NCBI GenBank assembly: GCA_947502765.1
Contig: CANNBA010000006.1
Coordinates: forward strand, 38,861 to 102,860
Reading direction: 5' to 3'
Length of the DNA stretch: 64,000 nucleotides
Source of the DNA: Flavobacteriales bacterium
GTDB lineage: Bacteria; Bacteroidota; Bacteroidia; Flavobacteriales; BACL11
Positions within the stretch are counted from its first letter, which is position 1. The number at the start of each line of letters is the position of its first letter. Positions 30,993 through 37,155 of the stretch are shown piece by piece. The notes under the pieces were generated by a model. It did not search any database. It worked only from the letters and a program-made list of their open reading frames with translations, and was not told the DNA's origin. The position numbers and the translations under genes were made by a program.

Positions 30993-31466
30993 ATGCCCAA
31001 TAAAAGAGTTTACGATATTAAAATTGCTATTGAACGGCTAAGAAATTATTGCGCATTGCAAGATAAATGTCAATGGGATGTAATCCAAAAAATGCAAGAA
31101 TGTGGTTTGCTTAAAATTTCCCAAGATCATATCTTAGAGCTACTTATTGAGGAAAAATATGTTGATGAAGAGCGATATTCACGCTCATTTTGTAGAGGCA
31201 AATTCAGAATAAAAAAATGGGGGAAAATAAAAATAACTAACGAACTGAAAAAAAAATACATTTCTGAAGTATGCATAACTAAAGGACTTGAAGAAATTAA
31301 CGATTCTGAATATCAAGAAGAATTAGACAAACAATATCATAAAAAGAACGAGACCCTAAAAGAAAAAAATAAGTTCATAAAAAAGAAAAAAATAGCTGTC
31401 TATTTAATATCTAAAGGTTATGAAAGTAATTTGGTTTGGGATAAGTTAAGAGAGTTAAAAGAATAA
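30993..31466 (+). CDS. recX: Recombination regulator RecX
   Basis: 157 aa from ATG 30993, made of repeated three-helix units. AIERLRNYCALQDKCQWDVIQKM resembles the RecX N-terminal repeat. Confidence 0.7.
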   Translation: MPNKRVYDIKIAIERLRNYCALQDKCQWDVIQKMQECGLLKISQDHILELLIEEKYVDEERYSRSFCRGKFRIKKWGKIKITNELKKKYISEVCITKGLEEINDSEYQEELDKQYHKKNETLKEKNKFIKKKKIAVYLISKGYESNLVWDKLRELKE

Positions 31467-31467
31467 G

Positions 31468-31475
31468 TATTTTTG
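31468..31475 (+). promoter_or_regulatory. -7 promoter box TATTTTTG abutting the prfB start
   Basis: Exact TAnnTTTG match followed by CAAT and then ATG 31480. Confidence 0.45.
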
Positions 31476-31479
31476 CAAT

Positions 31480-32556
31480 ATGGTAACAAAAGAGCACTTA
31501 AAAACTTTAGTATCTAGACGTGATGAATTGTATAAATTCCTTAACATTTTAACTAAACAAACACAAGCCGATTCTCTTGAAAAAACCACACAATCAGCAG
31601 ATTTTTGGGAAAAGTCAAAAGAAGCAGAAGTAATTTTAAAACAATTAAGTGCTCTTAAAATCTGGTTAAACGCTTACAATTTAGTTACACATAATATAGA
31701 TGAGCTTCAGGTGCTACTTGAACTTAGTGCAGAAGAAAACGAACTTGAATTACAATTAAAAGCTACAATTACATCAATTGAAGATTTAGAGTTTAAAAAT
31801 ATGCTTAGCGCTGAGGAAGATAATTTATCAGCAGTTATGATGATAACCCCAGGAGCGGGAGGCACTGAAAGCCAAGATTGGGCAGAAATGATTATGCGAA
31901 TGTATCTGATGTGGGGCGAAAAAAACCACTACAAGATAAAAACCCTAGATGTTCAAAAGGCTGAGCCAGTTGGGATTAAATCAATAACATTAGAGTTTGA
32001 AGGCGATTTTGCTTTTGGTCATTTAAAAGGTGAAAATGGAGTTCATAGATTAGTTAGAATATCCCCATTTGATTCCAATGCTAAACGCCATACTTCATTT
32101 GCATCAGTATTTGTTTATCCTTTGGCTGATGATAGTATTGAAATCATTATAGACTCTTCTGATATTAGCTGGGATACTTTCAGATCTAGTGGTCCTGGGG
32201 GGCAAGGTGTAAACAAAACCGAATCGGCTGTTAGATTAAAACATGCCCCAACAGGAATTACAATTGAAAATTCAGAATCAAGATCTCAATTAGAAAATAA
32301 AGCAAAAGCAATACAGCTATTAAAGTCACAGCTTTATGAATTAGAAATACGAAAAATACAAGCGGAAAAAGACAAACTTAATAAAACTAAGAAAAAAATA
32401 GAATGGGGATCTCAAATAAGAAATTATGTACTTCACCCCTATAAAATGGTAAAAGATTTAAGGACAAATCATGAAAGCTCAAACCCTAATGCTGTTTTAG
32501 ATGGAGAAATAAACCCTTTCATCAAATCATATTTGATGGAATTTGGCCAAAAATAA
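31480..32556 (+). CDS. prfB: Peptide chain release factor 2, uninterrupted (no +1 frameshift site)
   Basis: 358 aa in a single frame carrying the SPF tripeptide (RISPFDS) and GGQ (SGPGGQGVNKTES). Confidence 0.95.
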   Translation: MVTKEHLKTLVSRRDELYKFLNILTKQTQADSLEKTTQSADFWEKSKEAEVILKQLSALKIWLNAYNLVTHNIDELQVLLELSAEENELELQLKATITSIEDLEFKNMLSAEEDNLSAVMMITPGAGGTESQDWAEMIMRMYLMWGEKNHYKIKTLDVQKAEPVGIKSITLEFEGDFAFGHLKGENGVHRLVRISPFDSNAKRHTSFASVFVYPLADDSIEIIIDSSDISWDTFRSSGPGGQGVNKTESAVRLKHAPTGITIENSESRSQLENKAKAIQLLKSQLYELEIRKIQAEKDKLNKTKKKIEWGSQIRNYVLHPYKMVKDLRTNHESSNPNAVLDGEINPFIKSYLMEFGQK

Positions 32557-32620
32557 AAAGCAATTGTGAAAATTAAAAAAGAATTAATAGAAAAGCAGAT
32601 ATCCAGAGAATGGACTAGAT

Positions 32621-32764
32621 TTATTTAGGAATTTGATCATTGTTCAATTTTCCTTCCTTATACCAAACATAAATAAAATATGGAATAATACTTGAAAGAA
32701 AAAGAAGACACCAAAAAGCCATTAAAAAAACAAAAACAAAGATTAAAAAGCCTAGAAATTTCAT
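32621..32764 (-). CDS. Unlisted 47-aa hydrophobic small ORF (possible small membrane protein)
   Basis: Manual translation gives MKFLGFLIFVFVFLMAFWCLLFLSSIIPYFIYVWYKEGKLNNDQIPK. It has a near-consensus box TTTCTTTG 19 nt upstream. No family recognised. Confidence 0.3.
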   Translation of the reverse strand: MKFLGFLIFVFVFLMAFWCLLFLSSIIPYFIYVWYKEGKLNNDQIPK

Positions 32765-32770
32765 AATTAG

Positions 32771-32778
32771 TAATTTTG
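32771..32778 (+). promoter_or_regulatory. -7 promoter box TAATTTTG upstream of fumC
   Basis: Exact TAnnTTTG match, 43 nt before ATG 32822, with an A-rich leader. Confidence 0.55.
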
Positions 32779-32821
32779 CACAAAGAAACAACAAGAAAAA
32801 AGAATATCAAAACATTTTAAG

Positions 32822-34216
32822 ATGAAATATAGAATTGAAAAAGATACTATGGGGGAAGTAAAAGTTCCTGCAGATAAATACTGGGGAGCACAAACCCAGA
32901 GAAGTAGAAATAACTTCAAAATAGGTTGTGAAGCAAGTATGCCTATAGAAATCATTTATGGTTTCGCTTATTTAAAAAAGGCAGCAGCTCATACTAATTG
33001 TGAGTTAGGAGTTCTTTCATCAGAAAAAAGAGATCTAATCTCACAAGTTTGTGATGAAATATTAGCAGGGAAACATGATGACCAATTTCCTTTAGTTATT
33101 TGGCAAACTGGTAGTGGTACCCAAAGTAATATGAATTTAAATGAAGTAATTGCTAGCAGAGCCCATGTAATTAATGGAGGGACTTTACAAGATGCTAAAA
33201 AAACAATCCATCCAAATGATGATGTAAATAAATCACAAAGCTCTAACGATACTTTTCCAACAGGGATGCATATTGCAGCTTACAAAATGATAGTGGAAAC
33301 AACAATTCCTGGAGTAACACAACTAAGAGATACTCTTGCTTCAAAATCAAAAAAATTTATGAATGTTGTAAAAATTGGGAGAACACATTTGATGGATGCT
33401 ACCCCTTTAACTTTAGGGCAAGAATTTTCAGGATATGTTTCTCAATTAGATCACGGCTTAAAAGCATTAAAAAATACTTTAGCTCATCTATCAGAATTAG
33501 CTCTTGGAGGCACTGCAGTTGGCACAGGAATAAATACCCCTAAAGGATATGCTGAGTTAGTGGCAAAATATATTACTGACTTCACAGAACTTCCTTTTAT
33601 TACGGCAGAAAACAAATTTGAAGCATTGGCTGCTCATGATGCAATTGTTGAAAGTCATGGAGCTTTAAAACAAGTAGCCGTTTCTTTAAATAAAATTGCT
33701 AATGACATCCGAATGTTAGCCTCAGGACCAAGAAGTGGAATTGGAGAAATTTTTATTCCTGAAAACGAACCAGGCTCTTCTATTATGCCAGGCAAAGTAA
33801 ACCCAACACAAGCTGAGGCAATGACTATGGTTTGCGCACAAGTTATTGGAAATGATGTTGCAATATCAGTTGGTGGTATGCAAGGGCATTATGAATTAAA
33901 TGTGTTTAAGCCAGTAATGGCTGCCAACTTCTTACAATCAGCTAGATTAATTGGTGACGCTTGTATATCTTTTGATATAAATTGCGCTATCGGAATTGAA
34001 CCAAATTACGAGAACCTAAAAAAGAATTTAGACAATTCTTTAATGCTAGTTACTGCTCTAAACACCAAAATTGGTTATGAAAAAGCAGCCAAAATTGCTA
34101 AAACTGCTCACCAAAATGGAACAACCCTAAAAGAGGAGAGCATTAATTTAGGTTACCTCACTCTTGAAGAATTTGATACTTGGGTAAAACCAGAAGATAT
34201 GTGTGGAAATCTTTAA
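32822..34216 (+). CDS. fumC: Class II fumarate hydratase
   Basis: 464 aa with the [13 protein letters not shown] signature and the [10 protein letters not shown] motif. Confidence 0.95.
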   Translation: MKYRIEKDTMGEVKVPADKYWGAQTQRSRNNFKIGCEASMPIEIIYGFAYLKKAAAHTNCELGVLSSEKRDLISQVCDEILAGKHDDQFPLVIWQTGSGTQSNMNLNEVIASRAHVINGGTLQDAKKTIHPNDDVNKSQSSNDTFPTGMHIAAYKMIVETTIPGVTQLRDTLASKSKKFMNVVKIGRTHLMDATPLTLGQEFSGYVSQLDHGLKALKNTLAHLSELALGGTAVGTGINTPKGYAELVAKYITDFTELPFITAENKFEALAAHDAIVESHGALKQVAVSLNKIANDIRMLASGPRSGIGEIFIPENEPGSSIMPGKVNPTQAEAMTMVCAQVIGNDVAISVGGMQGHYELNVFKPVMAANFLQSARLIGDACISFDINCAIGIEPNYENLKKNLDNSLMLVTALNTKIGYEKAAKIAKTAHQNGTTLKEESINLGYLTLEEFDTWVKPEDMCGNL

Positions 34217-34279
34217 ACTTATTTAAACAAAAAAAAGGATACAAAAATTGCACCCTCTTTTTTAAATTAATTAAATGAT

Positions 34280-34420
34280 CTAGAAGTTCCAATAATACCC
34301 AACTCCTATTGAGCCTTATCCAGTTCCGCTTAAGTACATATTATAATTAATTGATCTAATAATTATAGCCTACTTTAACAACAGGAGCACTGAGGAAGTT
34401 ATCTGTACTTATTCTTATAC
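34280..34420 (-). pseudogene. Possible decayed 3' remnant of an outer-membrane beta-barrel gene
   Basis: The minus-strand frame reads ..YLSGTG*GSIGVGYYWNF*, a terminal aromatic beta-strand signature, preceded in another frame by LGIRISTDNFLSAPVVKVGYNY*. It is broken by stops and has no start. Confidence 0.25.
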
Positions 34421-34540
34421 CCAATAAATATCTGAACCATCAACAGAATCTTCATTGCAAATATCTAAATGCAAACCAGCATTGATTAATAAAGAGCATT
34501 CTATTATTTGTATAGAGCAAAATACCAACAAAATAAAAAT

Positions 34541-34570
34541 CGAGACATAGTTCTCGCTCTTTTTTTATAG
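34541..34570 (-). terminator. Weak hairpin terminator candidate after the 334-aa gene
   Basis: 5-bp stem CGAGA/UCUCG with a 6-nt loop. It has a U-rich run on the minus strand (AUUUUUAUUUU) and a T-run on the plus strand. It lies 40-70 nt beyond the stop at 34610. Confidence 0.35.
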
Positions 34571-34609
34571 AATATTTCTATAAAAAATAGCTATTTTATC
34601 AAAGCCATC

Positions 34610-35614
34610 TTACTTCTTGTTCTTCTCCGCAGCTTTCTTATCTTCTTTTGCCTTCTTCTCCGCAGCTTTCTTATCTTCTTTTGCCTTCTTCTCCGCTGCT
34701 TTCTTATCTAAACTCTTCTGTTTCTCAATAGCTTTCCTAACATCAGATCGGTCATTACTTAATTTACCCTTTTTCTTCAAATCTTTTTCTACCAAAATTT
34801 GATTAGTTAATTCCTTCTCTGATGCCATAAGGATTAAAAGCTTTGAAGATTCGCTAATTTTAGATGTTTCTGGTTTAGCTGATTTTGCTTCTTCTAAATC
34901 AGTAGGCTTATTTACTGTAACTGAAGTTTGTATTGTAGCAGTTGATTCTTCCTTTTTAACTTTTGTTGCTTCTGCTTTTGCTTTTACTTCTGCTGCTGCC
35001 TTTTCTTCTTCTTTTGCTTTTGCTGCTGCCTTTGCTTCTGCTTTAGCTTCTGCTTTAGCTTCTGCTGCTGCTTTTGATTCTGCTTTTGCTACAGCTTTAT
35101 CTGATTCAGTTTTTTCTTTAGCTATTTCTACTAAATCAGTTTTTGAATCTGGTGCAATCAGAACTCTACAATCCTTACAATCAATATTCTTGTTATGCAT
35201 TAACATTGTATTCTCCCATTTATATGCTTCTTTTGCGCTCTGCTTGCCTGATTCAGTATAATATGAGGTTAATGTTCTATTAGAGTCAAAAATCATAAAT
35301 AATGAAGAAGGTTTATCGTAATACACCTCTCCCTGATTCATATTAGACTGATAATATATTTGAGCTACATTATTTCTAATATACTTATGCTTGTAACGAT
35401 ACTCTAAAATTAACTCTCCATTTTCTAAGTTCTGGTAAATATCAAATGGCTCAATTCCTAATTCTGAATTAACTTGAGCAGGAGTCATTCCTAACTCAAT
35501 ATTATATATCTTCTCAATAGTTGTAAAATATTCAATACTAATTTTATCTTGAGCAGATAAACTCATAGATAATAAAAGAATACCTGTAATTATAAAGTTT
35601 TTATTTTTTTTCAT
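34610..35614 (-). CDS. Secreted protein: BamE/SmpA-like small domain plus a long Lys/Ala/Glu low-complexity tail with an 11-aa tandem repeat
   Basis: 334 aa with signal peptide MKKNKNFIITGILLLSMSLSAQ and an ELGMTPAQVNSELG.P motif. The tail contains AKAEAKAEAKAAAKAKEEEK and a C-terminal (KKAKEDKKAAE)x2.7 repeat. No family recognised. Confidence 0.7.
   Translation of the reverse strand: MKKNKNFIITGILLLSMSLSAQDKISIEYFTTIEKIYNIELGMTPAQVNSELGIEPFDIYQNLENGELILEYRYKHKYIRNNVAQIYYQSNMNQGEVYYDKPSSLFMIFDSNRTLTSYYTESGKQSAKEAYKWENTMLMHNKNIDCKDCRVLIAPDSKTDLVEIAKEKTESDKAVAKAESKAAAEAKAEAKAEAKAAAKAKEEEKAAAEVKAKAEATKVKKEESTATIQTSVTVNKPTDLEEAKSAKPETSKISESSKLLILMASEKELTNQILVEKDLKKKGKLSNDRSDVRKAIEKQKSLDKKAAEKKAKEDKKAAEKKAKEDKKAAEKNKK
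34621..34709 (-). repeat. 33-bp tandem repeat, 2.7 copies (two perfect copies and a partial copy with one mismatch)
   Basis: tcttctccgcagctttcttatcttcttttgcct occurs at 34621-34653 and 34654-34686. A 23-nt partial copy at 34687-34709 carries one a>t change. The repeat encodes KKAKEDKKAAE units at the C-terminus of the 334-aa protein. Confidence 0.9.
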
Positions 35615-35620
35615 TTTTTC

Positions 35621-36211
35621 TTATTTATCGTTAATTTCAATAGTCCCTGAAGTTCCTACTTTTAACTCTATACCTATCTTACCTTTTAAGTCTAGAACGT
35701 CACATAAAGTACAATCTTTTGCTTCTTTATTATTATTTTCTTTTTCAATCTTTCTTTCCATTTTAATGCATGGCTCTCCTATACACAAAGTTGAAGAATA
35801 ATTAGAATTTACAACATAGTAGTACTTTTCTGTATCACAAGGACAGTATGAACAAGTATTATCTTCTTCAGTTGCTTTTGAGTTATAATTCCAAGCCAGT
35901 TTATCTGTACATCCTTTAATTACAACTGGTAACGATGGGTCAGGAATACATTGTGGCTCACAATTTCTTATTGGGTCATAGCTAGCATTTAAAATTTCTC
36001 CACACGGGCAATATTTACAAAGAGTTCTGTCATCAATATCAGCATCAGCATTGTAATTTTTTGCTTCTGAATCAATACATCCTGTTATTAATGGTTTTTC
36101 ACTATAGGAACATGTCCCTGATTCTTGTGTTGCCTGAGGATTGAAATTATTAGCCTTTCCCTTATGCCAAGATGGCCTTCCTTGATATTTTGGATCAGTT
36201 CCATCATCCAT
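35621..36211 (-). CDS. Cys-rich repeat protein, downstream segment (no signal peptide of its own; in frame with ORF 36392-36856)
   Basis: 196-aa track ORF with 20 Cys and repeats GCIDSEAKNYNADADIDDRTLCKYCPC and GCTDKLAWNYNSKATEEDNTCSYCPC. The frame stays open upstream for 60 more codons, to the TGA at 36392-36394. Confidence 0.6.
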   Translation of the reverse strand: MDDGTDPKYQGRPSWHKGKANNFNPQATQESGTCSYSEKPLITGCIDSEAKNYNADADIDDRTLCKYCPCGEILNASYDPIRNCEPQCIPDPSLPVVIKGCTDKLAWNYNSKATEEDNTCSYCPCDTEKYYYVVNSNYSSTLCIGEPCIKMERKIEKENNNKEAKDCTLCDVLDLKGKIGIELKVGTSGTIEINDK

Positions 36212-36391
36212 GCACCCAGTACAAACAAGATAATTCTCTTGAGTTTTACAAGATATTGAATTTTCTATGCAAAGAATGTCACGTGCTTTATATTTTGTAT
36301 TATCATTAATTATATTCTCAAGTTTACCATCTCTATAATATAGAAGAACTTGTTTATTTGCATCATCAGATGATTCAAACTTTGCTATTCC

Positions 36392-36856
36392 TCACTTTAA
36401 CGCAAATTCTGTATATATATCTTTTGCATTTATTTCTTGCATTAGTTTTCTATAATAGTGTTCATGAATTTCACAATTATCTTTTTGGTGATATATCTCA
36501 TATGGATAACTAGATAAAATAGCCCTCACCTGATCCTTGGTAAGTCCTTTTTGCAATTTAGCAAGAGCTGATACACTGACAAAAGTTTTTATAATTTTTT
36601 TATCATATGTACAGTTTCCGTTATCCTTTGTTGCACTTTTCTGATAGTTTATAGCTTCTTTATCCATACAGCCTAAGACTACAGGAGGGTATGTACAGCA
36701 AGAGTAATCTTTACCTCCTTTAACTTTCTTACAGTCATATTTAGCATCAGGATCATAATTAAGCCCTACATTATCCAAACAAGCAGGAGTTCCACAGCTA
36801 TAAAAGACACTCATAACTATAATTAAGCGAATTGAGGAATAAAATACTTTTTTCAT
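36392..36856 (-). CDS. Cys-rich lipoprotein, upstream segment (ends at an in-frame TGA inside a BamE-like domain)
   Basis: 154 aa with a lipoprotein signal (MSVFYSC), repeats ACLDNVGLNYDPDAKYDC and GCMDKEAINYQKSATKDNGNCTY, then GLTKDQVRAILSSYP, which is homologous to the domain of the 334-aa neighbour. Confidence 0.65.
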   Translation of the reverse strand: MKKVFYSSIRLIIVMSVFYSCGTPACLDNVGLNYDPDAKYDCKKVKGGKDYSCCTYPPVVLGCMDKEAINYQKSATKDNGNCTYDKKIIKTFVSVSALAKLQKGLTKDQVRAILSSYPYEIYHQKDNCEIHEHYYRKLMQEINAKDIYTEFALK

Positions 36857-36894
36857 ATTATTAATATTAATTATTTTTATTTTAGAGAAAAACT

Positions 36895-36996
36895 CTATTC
36901 AGGAGAATCTTCTTTAGCTGCTTTTTCTTTAGCTGCTTTTTCTTTATCTGCGATAGCTTGAGCTTTCAAATCAGATGTTAATCTTGTTTGTTCCAT
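36895..36996 (-). CDS. Unlisted 33-aa small ORF with a KEKAA repeat
   Basis: Manual translation gives MEQTRLTSDLKAQAIADKEKAAKEKAAKEDSPE. It has an A-rich leader (ACAAAAAAAAAGGGAAA ATG) and ends 38 nt upstream of the Cys-rich lipoprotein gene on the same strand. Confidence 0.3.
   Translation of the reverse strand: MEQTRLTSDLKAQAIADKEKAAKEKAAKEDSPE
36911..36951 (-). repeat. 15-bp tandem repeat, about 2.7 copies
   Basis: tctttagctgctttt occurs at 36911-36925 and 36926-36940, with a partial diverged copy at 36941-36951. The repeat encodes the KEKAA units. Confidence 0.85.
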
Positions 36997-37155
36997 TTTC
37001 CCTTTTTTTTTGTAGGTGCAATACATAAACTTAATTTAAAAAAGAGCCCATATTCCAAAAAAAAATTCTTATCTAGTTTTTATAGAAAAAATGTTACGGA
37101 TATAGATTTTAGAGTGTCTGTTATAAACAAATTTTTGTTAATTTCTTTGTTTGGT

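Noticed and set aside
34236-34262. A shared GGGTGCAAT core with A/T-rich flanks at 34236-34262, 41255-41280 (inside the 41-aa small ORF, where it encodes KKGCNTC) and, inverted, at 37011-37025. The first copy even reads KRGCNFC in one frame.
   Set aside because: The exact match is only 8-9 nt and the flanks are homopolymer-rich. The first copy has no start and contains in-frame stops. Part of the motif (TTGCACC) also follows genuine -7 boxes. The evidence is insufficient to call a repeat family or a paralogue relic.
34241-34570. A possible ~300-nt plus-strand sRNA running from a promoter-like AAAAATTG (34241-34249) to the hairpin plus T-run at 34541-34570.
   Set aside because: The box has two mismatches to TAnnTTTG. 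The hairpin has only 5 bp and is better explained as the terminator of the minus-strand islet operon. I could not find a convincing conserved structure by eye.
34617-34802. Plus-strand ORF FFSAAFLSSFAFFSAAFLSS... opposite the repeat tail of the 334-aa gene, and likewise 21553-21783 opposite the L21 tail.
   Set aside because: These are mirror images of in-frame tandem or low-complexity coding repeats. The open frame is a by-product of the repeat, and there is no start context.
36392-36394. The in-frame TGA as evidence for a genome-wide TGA reassignment (code 4 or 25).
   Set aside because: TGA clearly terminates other genes here at their expected lengths, for example the mlaE-like gene at 42131-42133 and the ABC ATPase gene at 42880-42882, both in ATGA overlaps. 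Every conserved gene is intact under the standard code.
36357-36394. Selenocysteine as the main explanation for the TGA plus hairpin.
   Set aside because: I have not dismissed it, but I downgraded it. The paralogous domain has Gln-Gly rather than Cys at the aligned position, there is no CxxU-type redox context, and no sel genes are in the window. The hairpin is AT-rich and could be fortuitous. It is kept as a minority hypothesis in the finding.
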